Shown one piece after another: positions 21,841 through 29,587 of a stretch of 64,000 nucleotides of DNA. The stretch is from Sandaracinaceae bacterium (lineage in GTDB: Bacteria; Myxococcota_A; Polyangia; Polyangiales; Sandaracinaceae). Position 1 is the stretch's first letter; every line of letters begins with the position of its first letter. The stretch spans positions 3,487 to 67,486 of the forward strand of contig JAIBCE010000005.1 of the NCBI GenBank assembly GCA_019694315.1. The letters are read 5' to 3'. The notes below the pieces were generated by a model that had not been told where the DNA came from, made no database searches, and worked only from the letters and a program-made list of their open reading frames with translations. The position numbers and the translations under genes are program-made.

Positions 21841-22151
21841 ACCGCACGAGCAAACTGGCCGCCCTGGGGCACCCGCTCATCGACTACGACGAGCGCGTGA
21901 ACCGAGCCCTCGGGAAGATCCTCGCCTCCCGCCCCTGGGACCCCACCCAGAAGAAGTGGCTCGAGCGCCTCGCCAAGCAGCTCCAGAAGGAGATCGTGGT
22001 CGACCGCGAGTCCCTGGACGCCGAGGGGAGCCTGTTCGCGGCGGAGGGCGGGTCGAAGAGACTCGAGAAGGTGTCCGAGGGTCGACTTGACGAGGTACTG
22101 TCCGACCTCACCGGCAATGTCTGGCGGGCGGCGGAAGGAGCAGAAGCATGA
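21837..22151 (+). pseudogene. duplicated HsdR C-terminal (EcoEI_R_C-like) fragment; intact 104-aa ORF that could still be expressed
   Basis: The ATG at 21837 overlaps the upstream stop (ATGA). The translation (PLIDYDERVNRALGKILASRPWDPTQKKWLERLAKQLQKEIVVDRESLDAEGSLFAAEGGSKRLEKV...) is almost identical to the last ~90 aa of HsdR. Confidence 0.65.
21872..22081 (+). repeat. direct repeat copy 2 (hsdR 3' end)
   Basis: 210 nt, nearly identical to 19861-20070, offset 2011 nt. Confidence 0.9.
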
Positions 22152-22280
22152 TGCTTCACCGCGCGCTCACCGTGCAAAGGACAGGCCGATGACCAAGACA
22201 CAGAGCCACGTTGCCCTCGGCCACATTCTCGTCGTCGCCCCCCAGAGGGTCTCAGCCCCAGCGACGAGTACCTCGAGGCC

Positions 22281-23099
22281 ATGGCCTACGACCTCGTTGG
22301 CGCGGAACGCCCAAACGCGCTCGCGGAGCTCTTGAGGCACGCCGAGGGCTACTATCCGGTACTGCGGGAACTCCGCCGTATCGCGGCCCCGGGCAAACCA
22401 ATGTTCAAGGGAATCGACGTCGCGAGTGCCCGGGCGATCATTGTCGACGTCTTGCGCGCGCTCCTGGCGCGAGACGTGAGGGCCGTCGCCCCCAGCGCGC
22501 AGGTGCTCCTGTCCACGGATCCTCTCCTTGAGCAACTGAGCTGTGTTGATGGCACCTTCATTGCTGGAACGGCCTACGGCGCCCACCCTCTCAACCCCAC
22601 GACCTTCATTCCGCTGTCGGCCTTCCACACCTACCTTCTCGCGGAGAAGCGTGGCGAGTTCATGGCAATAGTGTCGGCTCTCGGGGCATCTGAACTGGCC
22701 CTCTCGGATGCCCAGTCGTCGAGGGAGCGATCCGGCGCGGACGCAGGCCTCCGCGAGCTGACGGGCCAAGCTCAGCTCGGTGTCAAGGCCGGACAGGGTT
22801 CGGGCAGCGCCGCAGCGTTTGACCTCTCCGCGCACTTCGGCCCTCCGCGGGGACCCATCGGGGTGCCGGACGGCATGCGTTGGGTTCGGCGGGAACCGAT
22901 GTGGCAGCGCATGATCGACGAGAGGCTCCAGCGAAACATCTTGTCTCTCGAGGTGGAGTTCACGTACGCGTCGGACTTCTCAATCAACGCTTCGCTCGCC
23001 GCGGTGCTCGAAGAAGTCGGCATCGGACTCGGGGGCACGTTCGAAGCAAGCGAAACGCTTCGCCAGACCTACCGCGTCGTCTTCCACGAGCGCACGTGA
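22281..23099 (+). CDS. hypothetical protein, 272 aa, no family recognised
   Basis: ATG at 22281 with GAGG 3 nt upstream. The frame shows coding-like third-position GC bias, but with more A/T-ending codons than the flanking core genes. Helical N-terminal half, Gly/Ser-rich linker, beta-like C-terminal half (SLEVEFTYASDFSINASL...). Confidence 0.6.
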   Translation: MAYDLVGAERPNALAELLRHAEGYYPVLRELRRIAAPGKPMFKGIDVASARAIIVDVLRALLARDVRAVAPSAQVLLSTDPLLEQLSCVDGTFIAGTAYGAHPLNPTTFIPLSAFHTYLLAEKRGEFMAIVSALGASELALSDAQSSRERSGADAGLRELTGQAQLGVKAGQGSGSAAAFDLSAHFGPPRGPIGVPDGMRWVRREPMWQRMIDERLQRNILSLEVEFTYASDFSINASLAAVLEEVGIGLGGTFEASETLRQTYRVVFHERT

Positions 23100-23218
23100 G
23101 CATCGCGAGCTCTCGGCACGAGACGCGCTTCGTGCGATCGTCTCGGCCTCGCATCACCAGACGCCAGCACACCGTTTGTGATCGTCGGTGCTCGTGTGAC
23201 GCGCCCCCGCCAGAGGCA

Positions 23219-23239
23219 GCCCGTCCAAGCCGGACGGGC
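23219..23239 (+). terminator. stem-loop downstream of the 272-aa gene
   Basis: GCCCGTCC-AAGCC-GGACGGGC: 8-bp GC stem with a 5-nt loop, 120 nt after the stop. No U tract. Confidence 0.35.
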
Positions 23240-23582
23240 GGACGACCGGGATCGACCGCCACGCCGTTGGGCTCGCGAAGGGGTCGCGACGCGCGACGGC
23301 GCAGGCGATCGACACCGTGATGACGGCGACCTACTTCGAGGTGGGGCCGTCGGATCGTCGAGGATGGGCAGCGGGGGGCCGAACGTGCGGGCTACGGGAC
23401 GCTGCTCCTCGGTCTGCGAGCGGGGAACCCACCGGGTCTGGGACTTCGTCGTTTCGTCGTTGCCCGCGAGGTAGCTCGCCGTGCGATCGTCGGGGGACCG
23501 AGTGAGCACGCAATTCCACACCATCGGTCGCAGTCTCGTGTTGCTCGAGATCGGCACGCCGCTTCGCGCGCTCGATCAAGGC

Positions 23583-24365
23583 ATGAGCAAGCCCATCCTC
23601 TTCGAGCTCGAGGGACCGGACGGGCCTGCGCATTGGGTCGTCAAGCCTCGGAGTCTCGATCGGCGTGGCGGTGACGGTCTCGTGTGCGAGGTCGCCGCTG
23701 CGGACATCGCCGTCGCCTTGGGTCTCCGGGTTCCAGCGATGGGGATGCTGGAGTTCCCGAGCGTGCCGCTCGAGGTCGAGACCTCCGAGCTCGGCCATCG
23801 GGTCGCGGAGGTCTACCGACGAGACGCGGGCGGGACAGCGTTCTGCTCGCGCTTCATCGAGGGCGGCGTCCACGCGGTGAGAGGGATGTTCGACGACCTC
23901 CGCTCTGTGCCGCTCGAGATGCAGGAGGATGCCGTCCGACTCTTCGCCCTCGACGTGTTGCTCCGACACTACGATCGAAGACCCGGCAATCCGAACCTGC
24001 TCGTCCACGAGGATCGCCTCGTGGTCATCGACCACGGGCACGCGTTCCACGGCATCGAGCAGGTGACGGAAGAGGGGCTCTCGAAGTTCGCTGACACCGA
24101 CCAAGACCAGGCCGCGCTCGCCGACCACGTCTGCGCGTCGGTGGCGGCCCGCGATCGCTACGAACACGTGTTCGACGACGTCCTCGCCCGTGTTCGTGCC
24201 CTCGACGACACGACGCTCGACCGCCTCGCGTCGGCCTGGCCGGACGCGTTGGATCGCTCGCCTGACGGCACCCCCTCGGGTATGCGATCGTCCGTCGTCG
24301 CTGCCCTGCGAGCCAGGCGCGACGCGTTCCCGTCCCTCTTGAGGTCTGTCCGTGCCGCCCTCTAA
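23583..24365 (+). CDS. HipA-like / PI3-4-kinase-fold protein kinase
   Basis: ATG at 23583. Catalytic-loop-like LLRHYDRRPGNPNLLV and metal-binding-like VVIDHGHAF, as in the HipA_C family. Confidence 0.55.
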   Translation: MSKPILFELEGPDGPAHWVVKPRSLDRRGGDGLVCEVAAADIAVALGLRVPAMGMLEFPSVPLEVETSELGHRVAEVYRRDAGGTAFCSRFIEGGVHAVRGMFDDLRSVPLEMQEDAVRLFALDVLLRHYDRRPGNPNLLVHEDRLVVIDHGHAFHGIEQVTEEGLSKFADTDQDQAALADHVCASVAARDRYEHVFDDVLARVRALDDTTLDRLASAWPDALDRSPDGTPSGMRSSVVAALRARRDAFPSLLRSVRAAL

Positions 24366-25179
24366 AGCCGAATACCGGATCTTCTCCGCGAGCGCCGACC
24401 CCCTCGGGGAGGAGCGCTACCCGCTGGCGTTGGTCCACTGGGACGGGACGGAGCTCCGGTATGCGGCGCGTGATCGTGTGCCCAGCGCTCTGGAGAAGGA
24501 GGAGCGTGCGCTCGCTCGTGTTCTTCGCGCGATGCGTCGCCGTGTACGCGAGCTCCCGGCGACGCAGCTCGACATGGGCCTCGACACGATCTTCGACGTC
24601 CGCGCCGGTGATGGCGGGGCGACGGCGTGGTCGACGAAGCGGATCGCGATGACGCGTGACGCTGCGGATCACTTCTCGCGGCTCGTCTCGGACCTGCACC
24701 TCGCACAGCTCCGCGACGCGGCTTCGTCCATCGGGCGCGCCGAGGTGGTCGACGCGGTGCACACCCTCGGGACGCTGTTGGCGAAGACGCACCGGAACGT
24801 TCACCCCGATCACACGGTGCACGAGTTCGATCAGCTGCGATCGCCCATGTCCTGGCTCAACGGCTCCTGGGTGCACACGGTGCCCCTCGTCGTGTCGTCG
24901 ACCGTGGGCGCTCACGAGGCGGTCAGGAAGGTGGCGGCGACTCTCGAGCTCGCCGTGCCCCGCAAGCATCGCCTCGTCGTCGCGTACCCGACGCCGGCGG
25001 ACGACTCGGTCGGACGCGAGCTGCTGCGCGGCGTGGCTCATCTCGCGACGAACAATCCGCCGGAGGACGGCGACACGGCTCGCGTTCGGGGGGTCGCGCT
25101 TCCGCTCACGGCGGACGACGAGATCGACACGTCCGCGCTGCAGACGCTCGTGCTCGCCGAGCTTCGCACCGCGCCCTGA
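24352..25179 (+). CDS. DUF3037-like protein (tentative), partner of the HipA-like kinase
   Basis: The GTG at 24352 overlaps the kinase gene by 14 nt. The N-terminal YRIFSASADPLGEERYPLALVHWDG resembles the DUF3037 N-terminal pattern. Assigned from memory of the family and its known pairing with HipA-like kinases. Confidence 0.4.
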   Translation: MPPSKAEYRIFSASADPLGEERYPLALVHWDGTELRYAARDRVPSALEKEERALARVLRAMRRRVRELPATQLDMGLDTIFDVRAGDGGATAWSTKRIAMTRDAADHFSRLVSDLHLAQLRDAASSIGRAEVVDAVHTLGTLLAKTHRNVHPDHTVHEFDQLRSPMSWLNGSWVHTVPLVVSSTVGAHEAVRKVAATLELAVPRKHRLVVAYPTPADDSVGRELLRGVAHLATNNPPEDGDTARVRGVALPLTADDEIDTSALQTLVLAELRTAP

Positions 25180-25249
25180 TTCGTCGCCGTCCGCGGGTCG
25201 ATCTTCGCGCCGCGAAGCGTGGGGTTCGTGCGATCGTCCGGGCCGTCCG

Positions 25250-26698
25250 ATGACCACCACCAACGACATCGTTCAGAAGCTCTGGTCGCTCTGTCACGTC
25301 CTTCGGGACGATGGGATCACGTACCACCAGTACGTGACGGAGCTGACGTGGCTGCTCTTCCTCAAGATGGCCAAGGAGACGAACCGGGAGGAGCAGCTGC
25401 CCAAGGGGTATCGGTGGGATGACCTGACGCAGCTCGATGGGGTGCCGCTCCTCACGTTCTACCGGCAGCTCCTCCTGCACCTCGGCACGGCGTCGGGGCC
25501 GAAGGGGCCGTCGAAGCGGGTGCAGGCGATCTTCTCGAACGCGGCGACCTCCATGAAGGAGCCGCGGAACCTCAAGAAGCTCGTCACCGACATCGACGCC
25601 CTCGACTGGTACTCCGCCAAGAGCGAGGGCCTGGGCGACCTCTACGAAGGCCTGCTCGAGAAGAACGCGAGCGAGAAGAAGTCCGGCGCGGGGCAGTACT
25701 TCACGCCGCGGCCACTCATCGACGCGATGGTCGAGGTCGTCCAGCCGCAGCCCAAGGAGCGCGTCGAGGACCCGGCCGCGGGCACCGCGGGCTTCCTCAT
25801 CGCCGCGGACCGCTACATCAAGGCGCACTCGAACGACCTCTTCGATCTCGACGAGGCCACGGCGCGCTTCCAGCGGCAGAAAGCGTTCTACGGCGTCGAG
25901 CTCGTGCCCGACACGCACCGCCTCGCGCTCATGAACCTGCTCCTCCACGGCATCGACAGCGACCTCGAGCTCGGCGACGCGCTCTCGAACCTCGGCAAGG
26001 ACCTGCCCAAGGCGAACGTCATCCTCACGAACCCGCCCTTCGGCACCAAGAAGGGCGGAGGCCTGCCCACGCGCGATGACTTCACCTTCCCCACGAGCAA
26101 CAAGCAGCTCGCCTTCCTCCAGCACATCTACCGCGGCCTCGAGCCCGGCGGCCGCGCGGCGGTGGTGCTGCCCGACAACGTGCTCTTCGAGGAGAACGTT
26201 GGGACGAAGATCCGCGAGGACCTGATGGAGAAGTGCGATCTCCACACCATCCTCCGCCTGCCCACCGGCATCTTCTACGCGCAGGGCGTGAAGACGAACG
26301 TGCTCTTCTTCACGCGCGGCGAGCACGGCAAGGATCGCGGCCAGACCAAGGCCGTGTGGGTCTACGACATGCGCGCGAACATGCCGAGCTTCGGCAAGCG
26401 CACACCGCTGGGCCCCGAGCACTTCGAGCCGTTCATCAAGGCCTTCGGCAAGAACCCGTACGGCCAGAGCAAGCGCAAGGACGAGGGCGAGGAGGGCCGC
26501 TTCCGGAAGTTCACGCGCGACGAGATCAGGAAGCGCGGCGACAACCTCGACATCAGCTGGCTCAAAGACGAGAACGCGACCTCGCACGACGACCTCGGCG
26601 AGCCCGAGGAGATCGCCACCGAGATCATGACGAAGCTCCAGCTCGCCATGGACGAGATCGAGTCCCTCCAACGAGTGCTACGGGGGGAGGAGTCGTGA
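25250..26698 (+). CDS. hsdM: type I R-M N6-adenine DNA methyltransferase subunit
   Basis: ATG at 25250. HsdM_N-like IVQKLWSLCHVLRDDGI. SAM motif DPAAGTAGFL. Catalytic NPPFG. Confidence 0.9.
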   Translation: MTTTNDIVQKLWSLCHVLRDDGITYHQYVTELTWLLFLKMAKETNREEQLPKGYRWDDLTQLDGVPLLTFYRQLLLHLGTASGPKGPSKRVQAIFSNAATSMKEPRNLKKLVTDIDALDWYSAKSEGLGDLYEGLLEKNASEKKSGAGQYFTPRPLIDAMVEVVQPQPKERVEDPAAGTAGFLIAADRYIKAHSNDLFDLDEATARFQRQKAFYGVELVPDTHRLALMNLLLHGIDSDLELGDALSNLGKDLPKANVILTNPPFGTKKGGGLPTRDDFTFPTSNKQLAFLQHIYRGLEPGGRAAVVLPDNVLFEENVGTKIREDLMEKCDLHTILRLPTGIFYAQGVKTNVLFFTRGEHGKDRGQTKAVWVYDMRANMPSFGKRTPLGPEHFEPFIKAFGKNPYGQSKRKDEGEEGRFRKFTRDEIRKRGDNLDISWLKDENATSHDDLGEPEEIATEIMTKLQLAMDEIESLQRVLRGEES

Positions 26699-28387
26699 GC
26701 GACAGCTTCGAACTGCAGCACCACCCACTGAACATCGACTCCCCCCCAGAGGGGTGGCACGTGATGGCCATTCGCGCGGTGCTCACCGAGGCCCAACCCG
26801 GCTACGCGTCGGGGGGAGCATGGCCGAGACTCGTCAGGCCTCATTCACTTGCGTCCGATGAACGTGACCACGGACGGGGAGATCGATCTAACGGACGTTC
26901 GAAGCGTTGAGGCCACTGGGGACCAGCGCCGGATCGGACCTGGGGAGATCCTCTTCAACAACACCAACAGCCCTGCCCTCGTCGGCAAGACGGCGCTTGT
27001 TCGGAGCGGCCCCCTCCGGGCGTTCTCGAATCACATGACCCGGCTGGTTACGAGTCCGGACGTCGCGCCGGGCTTCTTGGCCTATCAGCTTCAGCACTTG
27101 TTCAAGTCGGGCTACTTTCGGCAGTTGTGCAAGAAGCACGTGAATCAGGCGAGCATCGCTACCACCACCCTCTTGGACTCCGTCCCCGTTCTGGTCCCCG
27201 ACAGGCCGGAACAGGATCGCATCGTCGCCAAGCTCGACGCGCTGCGGGCACGCAGTCGTGGCGCGAGGGAGGCGCTCGACGCGGTGCCCGCGCTGCTCGA
27301 CCGGCTGCGTCAGTCCATCCTCGCCGCCGCGTTCCGAGGCGACCTCACGGCCGACTGGCGCGAAGCGAACCCCGACGTCGAGCCCGCGTCCGAGCTCCTG
27401 AAGCGCATCCGCATCGAGCGCCGCAAGCGCTGGGAGGAGGCCGAGCTCGCGAAGATGGTCGCCAAGGGCAAGCCCCCCAAGGACGACCGCTGGAAGTCGA
27501 AGTACGTCGAGCCCGAGCCCGTCGACGAGAGCGACCTGCCGGAGTTGCCCGAGGGCTGGTGCTGGGCGAGCGTCGAGGGAGTGTGTGACCTGCAGCTTGG
27601 GCAGCAGCGTTCCCCAGAGCACGCTGCAGCCGAAGTGACTCTTCCCTACGTGCGCGCCGCGAACATCACCTGGACCGGGCTGGACCTCTCCGACGTGAAG
27701 GAGATGGGCTTCCCGGATCCCGAACGCTATCGTCTACGCGTCGGCGATGTCCTGCTCAGTGAGGCGTCCGGGAGCGCTACGGAAGTAGGAAAGCCAGCGA
27801 TCTGGCGCGGCGAGATCCCCAATTGCTGCTACCAGAAGACGCTTCTGCGTGCTCGACCGTTCGAATCCACGATGGGGAGTGAATGGCTCCATCTGTGTTT
27901 CCTCGCTGACGCCATCCTCGGGCGATTTGCAGCGATGGCTCCAGGAGTCGGCATCCTGCATCTCACAGCTGACCGAATGAGCTCGTGGCCAGTTCCGATG
28001 GCGCCGGTCGACGAGCAGACACGCCTCGTCGAAAGCGTCCGAAGCGCTTTGGCTACTGTGGCCGCGTTGGAAGAGACCGCCGCCAACCTCGGGGCGTCGA
28101 CCGCGGCTCTTGACGCGTCGGCGCTCGCGAAGGCCTTCCGCGGCGAGCTGCTGAGTCCGCTATCGCGCGAAGAGGAGGCGTACTCGCTCGGGGGCGCGGA
28201 CGAGGCCGAGGTCCTTGCGTTCGTCCGTCGCGTCATCGAGGAGGACGGTGACATCGAAAGTGGGCTCGTCCACAGTCTCCACATGGTCGGGGCTGCTGGA
28301 GCGGATAAGGTCGAGGCCGAGCGGCGTCGGTTCTTCAAGGAGCGGGGGATGCGGGTTCCGCGGATGAAGGGCGGCGCACAGGAGTGA
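26695..28387 (+). pseudogene. hsdS: type I R-M specificity subunit, reading frame broken at a G6 tract (26811-26816)
   Basis: The GTG at 26695 overlaps the hsdM stop (GTGA). The N-terminal 39 codons (..PPEGWHVMAIRAVLTEAQPGYASG) continue in the -1 frame as EHGRDSSGLIHLRPMNVTTDGEIDL... if one G is removed. The rest is a typical two-TRD HsdS with a central coiled coil. Confidence 0.8.
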
Positions 28388-28414
28388 GATGCGGTGAGTC
28401 GAGGAGAATGGTGC

Positions 28415-29212
28415 TCACGAGCCCCGCTCCCCTCGCCAGCCGCATTGATCGCGCACCCCGCACCGGGTGCACCGGGGTTTCTCCTCCAGGCAGATGCCCT
28501 TCGCGAGCCCGAACTCCTCCGTCTCGACCTGACCGTACGCGACGAGCACCCGGTCCACGCGCCGCATGCTTGCGCCCGCCTCCGACGCCATGCGTTGTCC
28601 GATCTGGATGGCGCGGAAGTACCGGTTCGTGTCGTCCACGAGGCGCAGACGATGGAAGATCCGCATGATCACGCGGTCTGGTTTCAGCACGTTGAGACCC
28701 AGGTCCGTCATGAAGTGGTAGACCGTGATGCCGCCGAGGTACTCGAACTCCGCTTCGAGGTCCTCCTTGAGCACGAGCAGGTCCGAAAGCGCGCCGTCGC
28801 CGATGCGGTCGCGAAGGTATGCGGAGAACGACCCGCACCTCGTGACGATCGCGGCCACTGTCTTTGCGTTCGCGATGCAGGCCTCGACTTTCCGGCGATG
28901 CCCGATCATCGCCGAGTCGTCGACGATGCGGTCGACGTCTCCAGGTCCATACTCGCGGGCAACTCTCCAATCCCCCAGGTGTTTCAGGATGGTTTCTCGT
29001 TTTGCGGTGACCGTCGCGGCCTTGAAGCCGGAGTAGAAGACGACCATCACCAGCTTCTGGAACAACGCATCGTCCGAGTCGTCGAGCCCTGCCCGCCCAA
29101 CCTCTCGCTCGATAGTCGCCTCGATGTCGGGCTGGGACGTTCGGCACTCCTCGATCAGACTGCGCTCGATCGCACGAAAGATGTCGCCCACGTTCGTGTC
29201 CCTGGCCGTCAT
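28415..29212 (-). CDS. Tag-like (3-methyladenine DNA glycosylase I family) HhH glycosylase with C-terminal C-x6-C-x2-C-x5-C motif
   Basis: 265 aa. LFQKLVMVVFYSGFKAATVTAKRETI...IGHRRKVEACIANAK and YLGGITVYHFMTDLGL align by eye with E. coli Tag segments. The C-terminal CLEEKPRCTRCGVRDQC matches EndoIII/MutY Fe-S cluster spacing. Confidence 0.6.
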   Translation of the reverse strand: MTARDTNVGDIFRAIERSLIEECRTSQPDIEATIEREVGRAGLDDSDDALFQKLVMVVFYSGFKAATVTAKRETILKHLGDWRVAREYGPGDVDRIVDDSAMIGHRRKVEACIANAKTVAAIVTRCGSFSAYLRDRIGDGALSDLLVLKEDLEAEFEYLGGITVYHFMTDLGLNVLKPDRVIMRIFHRLRLVDDTNRYFRAIQIGQRMASEAGASMRRVDRVLVAYGQVETEEFGLAKGICLEEKPRCTRCGVRDQCGWRGERGS

Positions 29213-29428
29213 AGGTCGACTCTACGCGCGATCACCGTTTCGGCGCGACCTGAACGTGCGCCTCTGACCTCTGCCGCCGGCGTGCGGCGGATGCGATCGC
29301 CTCGGCGTGCATCGTCGCGGTGGCCGGGCCCTCACCCTAGCCCTCTCCCGCCTGCGGGAGAGAGGACTCTGCGGCGCGGCCACCGACGTCACGGTCTCTC
29401 TCCAAGCAGGATGATCTCCGAAGAGCGG

Positions 29429-29570
29429 GCAGCTGGCTGCTCTGCTGGTGGTCGTCGGACCGCTGGTGGGGCAACTGGCTGCTCTGCAGGGGGTCGCTCG
29501 ACCGTGACCTGGGGTAGCTGGCTGCTCGGGTGTGACGACGCGACACATGTGGCGGGCAGCTGGGCGATCT
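29429..29570. repeat. degenerate ~42-43 nt periodic repeat (3-4 copies) in a divergent promoter region
   Basis: GCAGCTGGCTGCTCTGCT (29429), GCAACTGGCTGCTCTGCA (29471), GTAGCTGGCTGCTCGGG (29514) and GGCAGCTGGGCG (29556). Confidence 0.5.
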
Positions 29571-29587
29571 CGAAGGAGCTCGTCGAG

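Noticed and set aside
22167-22835. 222-aa minus-strand ORF and the small plus-strand ORF starting at ATG 22189
   Set aside because: The minus ORF is antisense to the better-supported 22281 frame and is Arg/Gly-rich. The 49-codon 22189 ORF has no homology signal and overlaps the 22281 start out of frame. A sequencing frameshift joining it to the 272-aa gene cannot be excluded.
22281-23099. Bacterial gasdermin next to a caspase-like protease
   Set aside because: The context is tempting, but the protein lacks the N-terminal Cys and other features I associate with bGSDMs. It is separated from the CHAT-like gene by the hsdR fragment, and I see no sequence resemblance. It is kept only as an unknown.
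24656-25249. N-terminal extension of hsdM in the track ORF 24656..26698
   Set aside because: It overlaps the DUF3037-like gene out of frame with Arg/Ser/Cys-rich sequence. HsdM_N homology begins right after the ATG at 25250.
28394-29587. Upstream part of ORF 28394..30193
   Set aside because: It is antisense to the Tag-like glycosylase gene and then crosses the repeat-containing intergenic region. A strong SD precedes the ATG at 29588.
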